Origin: Actinomycetes bacterium
GTDB lineage: Bacteria; Actinomycetota; Acidimicrobiia; Acidimicrobiales; SZUA-35
Direction of reading: 5' to 3'
DNA: 64,000 bases
NCBI GenBank assembly: GCA_024280015.1
Contig: JAJRQY010000140.1
Coordinates: 66,299-130,298, forward strand
Shown: positions 47,058-55,421 of the stretch, in pieces
Numbering within the stretch: position 1 is the first letter of the stretch
Layout of the letters: each line of letters starts with the position of its first letter
Program-made: the position numbers and the translations under genes
The notes under the pieces: model-generated
Told to the model about the DNA's origin: nothing
Seen by the model: the letters and a program-made list of their open reading frames with translations, nothing else
Database searches by the model: none

Positions 47058-48083
47058 GTGGCTAACGTGTCGATCGTGGTTGAGGGAACTTCTCAGATCA
47101 TCGCTCTTTGTGGTGTGGCTATCGTCCTGGTAGCTCTCTTTGGCCTGTTCGATCTGATGTTGGCTCGACGAGAGCGAGCCAAGTTGGCCACAATGCGTAG
47201 TGATCCAGCGGTGGCTTGGGCCGTATCGGAGATCCTTCGAGCGAGGGACAGCTTCTCCCGTGTTGTTTCTCGGTATGAAATGGCCTTGGGAGCCCAAGCT
47301 CGTGTCCGGTCCAGAGCAAATGATGGTGGTTTGCCGAGCAACGACGAGCATCCGGAGGCTCCGGACGGTCCAGAGGTTGGCCCCCAGGAATATGACTCTG
47401 ATGTTGAACGGCTTCTGGAGGAGAAACAGGAGGCGAGAGAGCGTCTCCTTGGTGCCCAGCGTGACTGGGACATGATTCGACCGGGAGCAGGTCCAGCAGC
47501 TGCTTCTGACTTGTGGTTTGGGTCAGGACTGATGCGAGCCTGGCAGCTAGGATTCGTCGGCTTCGAACGCCACTTCTACCGTTTCGACCACGCACTGGAT
47601 GACAGCTGCTGGTCGATTTTTGAGTCTTGTCGATTCCGGTTTGGTCTAGGATTTGGGGCTGAGTCGCAGTCACTGGCACTCGTTGTGGTCGGCGCTTCTG
47701 CCTCTCAGTTGCCGGAGCTATCAGCCCTGGCCTTTGGTGGCCCTGAGCTAGCTCTTCGGCCAGGGTTTGTCCCAATGCGCTGGTGGCGCCGAATCCGTCG
47801 CGACGATGAGGTTCGTGCTGCCAATGCGATATTGCTGAAGGCAGGCGAAGTGTCCGACCTGGTCGAAGGTCCGAGTGCTGAAACAAGAGAACTCGTACTC
47901 GCTGCCCTTGAGGCTGAGCTTGGTGAGTCGCTGACCTCGACAACGACGATTCCGCCGGGTCCTGGTTTGATGAGTGTCATCACCAAGGGGCCATCAGTAC
48001 TGGCCGGAGCTTGGACAGGTCACGTTCCCGAACCGGAGCTTCGAGCATCTTCTGATCACGGAGTTTGGCACGAACCGGCTTGA
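47058..48083 (+). CDS. Hypothetical membrane-anchored protein
   Basis: One N-terminal TM (IIALCGVAIVLVALFGLFDLML) and a long soluble region. No family recognised. Confidence 0.45.
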   Translation: MANVSIVVEGTSQIIALCGVAIVLVALFGLFDLMLARRERAKLATMRSDPAVAWAVSEILRARDSFSRVVSRYEMALGAQARVRSRANDGGLPSNDEHPEAPDGPEVGPQEYDSDVERLLEEKQEARERLLGAQRDWDMIRPGAGPAAASDLWFGSGLMRAWQLGFVGFERHFYRFDHALDDSCWSIFESCRFRFGLGFGAESQSLALVVVGASASQLPELSALAFGGPELALRPGFVPMRWWRRIRRDDEVRAANAILLKAGEVSDLVEGPSAETRELVLAALEAELGESLTSTTTIPPGPGLMSVITKGPSVLAGAWTGHVPEPELRASSDHGVWHEPA

Positions 48084-48095
48084 GCATGCACTCTG

Positions 48096-49079
48096 GTGGG
48101 TATGACTCGATATGGCATGTCCATTCCATTTGGTGGTACCGCTCTGGCTGAACACCGTGAGATCTACCGCGAACTGGTTGATCTTGGCTACACCGATGTG
48201 TGGTCCTCCGAGGCCGACGGAGCCGATGGCTTCACCCCCTTGGCCCTGGCCGCGGCATGGGCACCGGAGCTGAGGCTCGGCATCGCCATCATTCCGGCCT
48301 TCACCCGAGGCCCGGCCCTGATGGCCCAGAGTGTTGCCTCACTGGCCGATGCCGCTCCCGGTAACTTCGTAATGGGCTTGGGCTCATCCTCCAACGTTAT
48401 TGTCGAGCGGTGGAACGGGATTGACTTTGACGAGCCGTACAAACGAACCCGTGACATTGTTCGGTTCCTGAAAGCATCCCTGGGTGGCGAGAAGGTCACC
48501 GAGACCTATGACACCTTTGAGGTACAGGGGTTCCGCCTTGGTATCAAGCCTGCCCAACAGCCTCCCATCCTGGTAGCTGGACTAAGGCCGGGCATGTTGG
48601 CCATGGCTGGTCGCGAGGCCGACGGAGCCATCCTGAACTGGCTGTCGGCCGATGACGTCACTACTGTTGTTCCCATTGTTCAAGAGGCTGCGGCCAAGGC
48701 AGGCAAGCCAAAACCGGAGATCGTGGCCAGACTCTTTGTTTGCCCTAGCACCGACAGCGACACGGTGCGGGCCCAGGCTCGGCGTCTCATCGCCGCCTAC
48801 TTGAATGTGCCGGTCTATGCCGCCTTCCATGAGTGGTTGGGTCGAGGCGGGCAGCTGGAAGGTATGTGGAGTAACTGGGAGGCCGGGGATCGAAAAGCCG
48901 CGCTTGCCGCGATCCCTGATGAGGTGGTTGACGCCTTGGTCATTCACGGCTCGCCGGACGAATGCCGCGAGCACATTGGACGTTTCACCGAGAATGGGAT
49001 TGACACACCGGCCTTGGCCATCATGCCCTTCGCCGGGGTCGACCCTCGTGCTGCGATCCGAGACCTCGCTCCGGCCTAG
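48096..49079 (+). CDS. LLM-class F420/flavin-dependent oxidoreductase
   Basis: MTRYGMSIPF...YTDVWSSEA...LGLGSS and the overall luciferase-like pattern. Confidence 0.75.
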   Translation: MGMTRYGMSIPFGGTALAEHREIYRELVDLGYTDVWSSEADGADGFTPLALAAAWAPELRLGIAIIPAFTRGPALMAQSVASLADAAPGNFVMGLGSSSNVIVERWNGIDFDEPYKRTRDIVRFLKASLGGEKVTETYDTFEVQGFRLGIKPAQQPPILVAGLRPGMLAMAGREADGAILNWLSADDVTTVVPIVQEAAAKAGKPKPEIVARLFVCPSTDSDTVRAQARRLIAAYLNVPVYAAFHEWLGRGGQLEGMWSNWEAGDRKAALAAIPDEVVDALVIHGSPDECREHIGRFTENGIDTPALAIMPFAGVDPRAAIRDLAPA

Positions 49080-51586
49080 CGAGAAGACGGGATCCAGACC
49101 AGGAGGAAGTCCTCAATGGAGATGTCGGTTTTCTCCAACGGGATCTCAACAGACTCGATCTCGCTGACCTTGTCGGTCCACTCATCATCAATAAGGATCA
49201 GCTCTTCAGCCAGTTGCACTTCGAGTGCCTCGATGTCGTCAATCTTCTCTTCCACCCGGTGCTCGGCTGTTTCCAGTCTGGCCTTGATGGAGCTTGACTG
49301 GCGGGTACCCGAAGTGGCCCGCCGAGCCGCCGAGGCCAACGAGCGTGAGCGCTTGCGTCCCCCGAACAGGCCCCCAAGCAGGCTCGTGCCCAGGTCAATG
49401 GCAGTCTGAGTCTTGCGACCCTTGGACTGGGTCTCCAACTCCTCGACCCGGTCCTCCGCCTTGGCTAGTGCGGCGGTGAGCCGGTCGGTCTTCTTGTTCA
49501 AACGGGTCCGGATCTTCAGGATTGCTGCATCCGCACCATCCTCGGCCGCGGCCTCACAGCGGGCCGTGAACTCGTCTTCGGTTTCGCCCGGCCGGGACCA
49601 GAGCTTGAGGGGGGTGTTGTGGATGAGGGTGACAGTCTCACCGGTATAGAGCTTGTCTTTCAGCGCTCGTTTGGCCTTCTGAATGGCTGACGCCGAGAGG
49701 TCGAAGGTTGGGGACACATAGACGCCTCCGGCCGGAGCAGTCTTGCCGAAGTCCCGGTCATCAAAGTCGACATTGATCGCCAGGTCGACATCGATCCAAT
49801 CGGCGGACAAGGGGATGATTGCCTCCCATTCCTCCTTATGTCGAAGCTTTGATTTGGTGTCGTCGAACAACATATTGACCCGAGCAGCCAGAGCCGGAGC
49901 GAGACGGTGAGATCCAGCTTCTCCGTTGACATCGTCCAGCCACGGAGCCGAGTCATGCACATAGCGTGATGGCAGCGAGTCAGGTGTGGCGGGCGGGGCG
50001 GCGAATTCGTCGTCTTGTAAGGCTGTCGGCGCTACCGAAGCTGACCCTGACCCTGACCCTGACCCTGACCCTGAGCCGTCCGCTGGAGCTGGAGTCGGAG
50101 CTGATGACGAGGCCGTTGCTGCCCCGGTGGGAGTGGCGGCGTTCTGAGCGGTCGAAGCCGGTGCTGTTGGGGATGCCGGTTGGCCCAGAATTGCTTCCCG
50201 TTTTGGGTCCATCAAGGTCCCGATCTGAGACCGGGTTAGTGGTCCCGCCAGATAATTCATGGCCCACCGGGTGGTGAGCAAGGGCAGGGCGCTGGATCGG
50301 GTGGTACGCAATACAAATTGACGCTTGCCAAGGCCGCTAATCATGCGTTCGACTTCGGCAACGTCAACCGAGCCATCAGAGGCCCGCAGGCCATCGACCA
50401 ACCGATTCTTGTCTTGTTCGGTTTGCAGCCGACCAATCAGCCAGGTCCCGGTATTGCTGATTGCCTTGTAGTCAAGGTCGACCGGGTTCTGGGTTGAGAG
50501 AACCATGCCAACACCGAATGCCCGGGCCTGCTTCAACAAGGTCAGGATCGGCTTCTTGGTTGAGGGGCTCTTGGTTGGTGGTGCCAAGCCCATGACCTCA
50601 TCGATATAGACCAGGACGCGAAGCTCGCCGGTTCCAGCCTGGTTACGCATCCAGCTGATAAGCCTGGACAACACAATGGTGATAGCGAAGTGTCGCTCGG
50701 CCTCGTCCAGGTGACCGAGAGAAACAACGGCCGCCCGAGGGGTGCCGTCAGCCTTCCACAACATCGATTCGATCTCTAGCGGCGCGCCTTGGGACCAGGC
50801 GGCAAAGCTGGGAGACGCTAACAGTCCGTTGAGCTTCATGGCCAGTGCTTGGCGATCTTTGGCCGGGAAGAAGGTGTCCAGGTCAAGGATTCCGAGCTTG
50901 CGGATTGGCGGGTCCATTAGCTGACCCAGCAGGGTTGGCAGATCCATGTCGGTTCCATTGTCCCAGGACCGGATGATCAAGTTGGTCAACAAGATGTGTT
51001 CGCGGCCAGACAGGGGGTCGCTTGTCACGCCAATGAGGCTCAGGAGCCCCCCGACGGTGGCGTCAACCTCGTCCTGTCGAACGCTGGGATCGGTACTGGC
51101 GGGTACCGCCAGCCGGCCAAGAACATTCAGGGGGATTCCAGCATCACTGCCGGGGGTGTAGATCACGGGCTCGGCCGCACCGGCAAGTTGGCCGAGGTCC
51201 GACCCATCCAAGCCCCAGGACTTGAGTCCATTTGACCACATTTCGGCGGTCTTGACTGACATCTCCTGGACCGTGGTGTTGTCCACTCGAGCCGACCCGG
51301 CGTCCATCCAGGGTTCAAACTCTTGTGGGCTCAGGTTCGGGAACGTTAAGCAGAGGTTGCCGAGGTCACCTTTGGGGTCGATGGCCAGAACGGGGATACC
51401 GGAGAGCAATGCTTCTTCCAGGAGTACTACCCCAAGGCCGGTCTTGCCTGAACCCGTCATGCCAACAATGACCCCGTGGGTGGTCAGATCAGCACTGTCG
51501 ATCAGGATTGCCTCTCCCGTTCGGTCACCAGAATCTGGTTCGATTATTTCGCCTAGAGAGAGTTTTCCTGGCGTGCGTTCGGCCAC
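49076..51586 (-). CDS. HerA/YjgR(DUF853)-like P-loop NTPase with long low-complexity linker and coiled-coil C-terminal region
   Basis: Walker A GMTGSGKTG, Walker B LVYIDEV, and STQNPVDLDYKAISNTGTWLIGRLQT resembling the DUF853 signature. Preferred start is GTG 51586 (RBS AAGGTGGA). The ORF-track start is 51700. Confidence 0.7.
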   Translation of the reverse strand: MAERTPGKLSLGEIIEPDSGDRTGEAILIDSADLTTHGVIVGMTGSGKTGLGVVLLEEALLSGIPVLAIDPKGDLGNLCLTFPNLSPQEFEPWMDAGSARVDNTTVQEMSVKTAEMWSNGLKSWGLDGSDLGQLAGAAEPVIYTPGSDAGIPLNVLGRLAVPASTDPSVRQDEVDATVGGLLSLIGVTSDPLSGREHILLTNLIIRSWDNGTDMDLPTLLGQLMDPPIRKLGILDLDTFFPAKDRQALAMKLNGLLASPSFAAWSQGAPLEIESMLWKADGTPRAAVVSLGHLDEAERHFAITIVLSRLISWMRNQAGTGELRVLVYIDEVMGLAPPTKSPSTKKPILTLLKQARAFGVGMVLSTQNPVDLDYKAISNTGTWLIGRLQTEQDKNRLVDGLRASDGSVDVAEVERMISGLGKRQFVLRTTRSSALPLLTTRWAMNYLAGPLTRSQIGTLMDPKREAILGQPASPTAPASTAQNAATPTGAATASSSAPTPAPADGSGSGSGSGSGSASVAPTALQDDEFAAPPATPDSLPSRYVHDSAPWLDDVNGEAGSHRLAPALAARVNMLFDDTKSKLRHKEEWEAIIPLSADWIDVDLAINVDFDDRDFGKTAPAGGVYVSPTFDLSASAIQKAKRALKDKLYTGETVTLIHNTPLKLWSRPGETEDEFTARCEAAAEDGADAAILKIRTRLNKKTDRLTAALAKAEDRVEELETQSKGRKTQTAIDLGTSLLGGLFGGRKRSRSLASAARRATSGTRQSSSIKARLETAEHRVEEKIDDIEALEVQLAEELILIDDEWTDKVSEIESVEIPLEKTDISIEDFLLVWIPSSR
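50041..50076. repeat. Hexanucleotide microsatellite (CTGACC)x5 plus CTGAGC, encoding (GS)6 on the minus strand
   Basis: Read directly. In-frame within the ATPase linker region. Confidence 0.9.
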
Positions 51587-51739
51587 TGCTATTCCACCTT
51601 CACCTACGAGAGTTCCTAAATAACGTGTCACTAGGGTGACATGCTGGTGAGTAAATCGCACCACATGATCCAAAAGACGGCACACTAGAAGGGTTGGCAC
51701 CCCTCCTAGTGGTGACCAGATCAGAAAGAGGAGGCCATC

Positions 51740-52270
51740 ATGGGCTTTATGGACACAATCAAAGGACTATTCGGCAAGGCCAGCGGAGCAGCAGGAGACG
51801 CTGCTTCCAAGGCTTCTGGCGCCGCCGGATCCGCAGCCAGCAAGGCTGGCGAAGCTGCCGGTGGTGTTGCCGGCAAGGCCGGAGACGCCGCTTCGAAGGC
51901 AACTGGAGCTGCTGGTAAGGCGACCGGAGTCGCAACTGGTGCTGCTACAGGAGCCGCTGGCGCTGCAGCTGGAGCCGCTGGTAAGGCGACCGACGCTGCT
52001 GGTGATGCTGCTTCGAAGGCAACTGGAGCTGCTGGTGGTGTCGGTGACAAGGCTGGCGGCGTGCTTGGCGGAATTACTGACAAGGCTGGAGACCTGGCCA
52101 GCAAGGCTGGGGATATCGCCGGAGATGTCCGTGAAACCGTTGGTGGAGTAGTCGAAGGAGCCGTCGACAAGGCTGCTGATGTTGCTGATTCTGCCACCAA
52201 GGGCAAGTTCACCGACAAGATCGACAAGGTCCGTGACGTTGCCGACAAGATTGACGGCGAAGAGGGCTGA
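51740..52270 (+). CDS. Rv0909/MT0933-like 'antitoxin'-domain protein with expanded Ala/Gly/Lys-rich repeats
   Basis: The N-terminus MGFMDTIKGLFGKA and the C-terminus ATKGKFTDKIDKVRDVADKIDGE resemble the MT0933-like family as I recall it. The centre is about 12 KAxxAAGxxxx repeats. Confidence 0.55.
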   Translation: MGFMDTIKGLFGKASGAAGDAASKASGAAGSAASKAGEAAGGVAGKAGDAASKATGAAGKATGVATGAATGAAGAAAGAAGKATDAAGDAASKATGAAGGVGDKAGGVLGGITDKAGDLASKAGDIAGDVRETVGGVVEGAVDKAADVADSATKGKFTDKIDKVRDVADKIDGEEG

Positions 52271-52331
52271 TTCGCCTTCGCTATTGGCCAGCTTCTCATG
52301 GCTTGGGCCACAAATCTAGGTGTAGCTGAGG

Positions 52332-52361
52332 CGCCAGGAGGTCATAAACGATCTCCTGGCG
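52332..52361. terminator. Stem-loop between convergent genes (9-bp perfect stem)
   Basis: CGCCAGGAG-12 nt-CTCCTGGCG, followed by GTTCAGTTT (a weak U-tract). Confidence 0.4.
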
Positions 52362-52395
52362 GTTCAGTTTCACGGCCAACGCTCCCCGCGCGGCT

Positions 52396-53025
52396 TCAAG
52401 AGCCGGAGTTGACCAGCTCCTCCATGAGCTCCAGGTCAGCTGGGCTCGGGGTTGGGCCGACCTGGCTACGAAAATCGCTGGAGTCCTTAATCATCCAGAC
52501 GGCAAAGACTTCGGCGAAGTCGCCGGCCCCGGTCTGGAAGTCGGCCTTTCCGCTGTCAGGCCACCATTGAAGGTTTGGTTGGCCACGTTGGGTCAGCCAC
52601 TGACGGCGCTCGTCTCCGGAGTTGAGGGAGACATCAACCGCGTGCCCAAACTCGTGAGCGAGCACACGATAGAGAGAATCTACTGTTGAGTTATCGCGTA
52701 CGAAGATCTGGATCCTCTGCTCGTGGCTCCAGGTGTAGCCAGCAATTTCTGATTCGCCTTCAACAAACTCGATCGTCCAACCGGCAAGATCTTCTTTCCA
52801 CGGGTAGGTGACCTTGTCCATGGTGGAATGGGAGAGCGTCGAGATCGCTGCTTGCCCGTAGTCGACGCGCTGATGGCTGGGGAGTGGCGTGGCTTCTGAA
52901 GGACCTGCCAGGTCAGCGGTTGCGGCGATGGTGAGAAGTCCAGCCGCGCCAATTAGTGCATACGTCGTGATCGAGGCCACGACGGCGATGAGCCGTCCGC
53001 GAGAAGGTTTCTTGGTCGGGTGCAC
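52396..53025 (-). CDS. Membrane-anchored putative zinc metalloprotease
   Basis: N-terminal TM. HEFGH zinc-binding motif (VLAHEFGHAVDV). Confidence 0.5.
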   Translation of the reverse strand: MHPTKKPSRGRLIAVVASITTYALIGAAGLLTIAATADLAGPSEATPLPSHQRVDYGQAAISTLSHSTMDKVTYPWKEDLAGWTIEFVEGESEIAGYTWSHEQRIQIFVRDNSTVDSLYRVLAHEFGHAVDVSLNSGDERRQWLTQRGQPNLQWWPDSGKADFQTGAGDFAEVFAVWMIKDSSDFRSQVGPTPSPADLELMEELVNSGS

Positions 53026-53131
53026 GTGAATTGTCCTAGAGACTCATTCGACGTGAAAAAGGGTTGGCTTGAGAACATGTCTTTGGCTGGTGGAAAACCA
53101 ATCTGACTGTGGATTGTCTCGTCCGGAGAAA

Positions 53132-53875
53132 CTACTTGGAACCCTCAGATGATGGATCTTGCTTGGGTGGCCCCGTGGTGATTGTCTGAAAATGCTCGAT
53201 GATGCCATCGAGGGAGATATGGGTGTTCACACCGCTGGTGTTTGGCATGACGTAGATCGGCCGCCCGCCGAGTGTTTCTGACTGCCAACCGGCAACCGCC
53301 TTTCGGTTGCGTCCGCCTCTCCAGCCGCCAAGTCCAAGCATCACGATGACTTCAGGCTCAAGCCATTTGGCCATCCGTTCGAGTCTGGTGACGCCGGCGC
53401 GAAACTCTGCCGCGGTAATTGAATCTGCTCGGGGGGTTGCACGCTTGACCAGGTCGGTGAAGCCAACCCGGTTCTGCGCCAGCGCTTCGGCTGGCTTGCG
53501 ATCTGAGGTGATAACACCTGCTGCGATTGCCGCGGTCCAGAATCGATTCCCTGGGGTTACAAAACCTACGCCGGCATCGGCGGCGTTCAGGCTGGGATTG
53601 AGGCCACAAACCAGGAGTTTCATTCCCGGGCCAACAAAGTCAGGAAGTGATCGTTCGCGTACGTACTCAGGCCCGTTGCCGTGAAATCCTGCTCCCTCGA
53701 TCAGGTGATCATGGGGGATTGGCAGGTCGCCGGAGATGGACAGTTGCACAACACATTGTGCGGGCAGACTCAGGTGCAGTTTGGCCAGCCACATTGGTAG
53801 CTCGGTGCTGGATACCGAAGACTCACGACGAAGACCAACCTCGTCGCAGACCGCCTTCACACGGTGATCGGTCAA
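53132..53875 (-). CDS. mug: G:T/U mismatch-specific DNA glycosylase (Mug, UDG family 2) with N-terminal extension
   Basis: LLVCGLNPSLNAADAGVGFVTPGNRFW matches the Mug GINPG...NRFW motif, and there is a late motif YVMPNTSG. TTG start uncertain. Confidence 0.75.
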   Translation of the reverse strand: MTDHRVKAVCDEVGLRRESSVSSTELPMWLAKLHLSLPAQCVVQLSISGDLPIPHDHLIEGAGFHGNGPEYVRERSLPDFVGPGMKLLVCGLNPSLNAADAGVGFVTPGNRFWTAAIAAGVITSDRKPAEALAQNRVGFTDLVKRATPRADSITAAEFRAGVTRLERMAKWLEPEVIVMLGLGGWRGGRNRKAVAGWQSETLGGRPIYVMPNTSGVNTHISLDGIIEHFQTITTGPPKQDPSSEGSK

Positions 53876-54182
53876 GGGCTGACCCGTGGACTACGAATAT
53901 GCGAAAAGGCACAGCTTAATCCGTGGGAATTCAGTCCGTATCGGTCGCCTCTGGGTGCTGCAAACATAAGTTCCGTAGCCTATGCCAAACCGTTCTAAAC
54001 AACAAAGTCCGGACAAAGTCTGTACCGTGGTCAGGGCGCGGCGGAGTAGACCAAGAATCAAAGAATGGGCGTCTGTCTCTGGTCCTCGGTAAGATGAAGA
54101 ATCCGGCTAGTCAACTGTGAGTCTGCCGCCCGAAAAGAAGATCAGTGTTGGCCTGGCCCGCACGGAACGGATAGCTACCCCA

Positions 54183-54362
54183 ATGACGGACCTGAAGGAA
54201 CTGACCCCAATCGATGAAGCAATGGAAATGATTGACGCGGGTCTCGGCGACATGAGTGATCGACAGATGGTCTCAACGTCTGAGGTCACAAATCTGCTCC
54301 TGGACGTTCGCATGCTCCTGAGTGGACTCGAAACCATGGAAGCTGAGCCTGAGGCCGACTAG
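54183..54362 (+). CDS. Small acidic hypothetical protein
   Basis: 59 aa starting at the ATG (81 aa from GTG 54117). No family recognised. Confidence 0.3.
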   Translation: MTDLKELTPIDEAMEMIDAGLGDMSDRQMVSTSEVTNLLLDVRMLLSGLETMEAEPEAD

Positions 54363-54407
54363 CCGGTCCGGCCACTTGACCTGTTTGTGGGTGTTACTGA
54401 GTTACGC

Positions 54408-54878
54408 TCAGACTCGGCCGTCAACGAGCCCAGGAAAGCCTTGTTGCCGTAGCGCCTCATAGAGCACAACGGAGACGGCATTGGCAAGGTTCAGGCTGCG
54501 GTTGCCCGGCATCATCGGAATTACCAGTCGATGGGCCTCATCGAACGGCTCCAGCTCGGGCACCGACAAGCCAGTCGATTCTGGCCCGAAGATCAAGACA
54601 TCATCGGGTCGAAACTGGACATCGCTATAGCGAGAAGAACCCGAGCTGCTGAAGACGAACTGTCGACCAGGAAGCGGAGCAGTTGCTGTTTGGAGATCGG
54701 GTTCGACCTGTACCGAAGCAAGTTCGTGGTAGTCCAGCCCAGCCCGTCGGAACATGCGGTTCTCCAATGAGAACCCCAGGGGTTGGACCAGGTGGAGGTT
54801 TGCTCCGGTGTTGGCGCAGAGCCGGATGATGGCTCCAGCGTTTGGAGGAATTTCTGGTCGAACCAGGACGATGTGCAT
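54408..54878 (-). CDS. trmL: tRNA (cytidine/uridine(34)-2'-O)-methyltransferase TrmL (SpoU family)
   Basis: MHIVLVRPEIPPNAGAIIRLCANTG...PMMPGNRSLNLANAV motifs. 156 aa. Confidence 0.88.
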   Translation of the reverse strand: MHIVLVRPEIPPNAGAIIRLCANTGANLHLVQPLGFSLENRMFRRAGLDYHELASVQVEPDLQTATAPLPGRQFVFSSSGSSRYSDVQFRPDDVLIFGPESTGLSVPELEPFDEAHRLVIPMMPGNRSLNLANAVSVVLYEALRQQGFPGLVDGRV

Positions 54879-54889
54879 GGCAACCTCGC

Positions 54890-55417
54890 TTAGGGGAGTG
54901 GTGCCAAACGCTTCACCACGAAACCAAGCGCGGTGCCGAGAACCGCTCCGGCGGCTACGTCTGTTCCGTGGTGCATGCGAGCGTGGACTCGACTGGTTCC
55001 GACGATGAACGAAGCAGCCAACCAGACTGGTCGAAGGCCTGGTATAGCCTCGCTCAGCAGAACTGCGGCCATGGCCGCCGAGCTGGCATGGCCACTGGGG
55101 AAACTGGAGGTCTTTGGTCGTCGCAGTTTTGGCGCCCCTTCAATCAGATCGGGGCGTTCTCGCTTGAACAGGGGTTTGATCATGGCGTTGACCAAGACTG
55201 ACTCGACCCCCAGGGCAACGGTTAGGCGGGCGGCCTGGGGACGCAGACTTGGGCTGGCGGCTGCCATGCCCAGAGAAACAACATGCCAACAGGCCGAGAA
55301 TTCTGCAGCGTGGCTCGCGGCATAGAAAACACGGTCGGCCAGGGGATTGCCGCGTAGTGGAGCAAAGGCTCGTTCCGCTCGTTCATCAATCTCCCCAGCC
55401 AGACTGCGTAACCTCAC
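54890..55417 (-). CDS. PAP2 family phosphatase
   Basis: KRERP...PSGH...SRVHARMHHGTDV tripartite acid-phosphatase motif. Confidence 0.8.
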   Translation of the reverse strand: MRLRSLAGEIDERAERAFAPLRGNPLADRVFYAASHAAEFSACWHVVSLGMAAASPSLRPQAARLTVALGVESVLVNAMIKPLFKRERPDLIEGAPKLRRPKTSSFPSGHASSAAMAAVLLSEAIPGLRPVWLAASFIVGTSRVHARMHHGTDVAAGAVLGTALGFVVKRLAPLP

Positions 55418-55421
55418 CCTG

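Noticed and set aside
50041-50076. A possible CRISPR-like or other repeat array.
   Set aside because: It is a simple 6-nt microsatellite with no spacers, lying inside a coding region.
46201-51586. Thermonuclease plus HerA-like ATPase as an anti-phage defence island.
   Set aside because: The two genes are separated by unrelated genes, including a housekeeping-type LLM oxidoreductase. The nuclease is a secreted SNase. No other defence-associated domains or mobile-element markers are nearby.
51721-52311. The 196-aa minus-strand ORF (PAAPAAAPAAPVAAP...).
   Set aside because: It is the mirror image of the GCx-rich repeat region of the plus-strand gene. It has no start context, and it overlaps the plus-strand gene entirely, which has recognisable non-repetitive termini.
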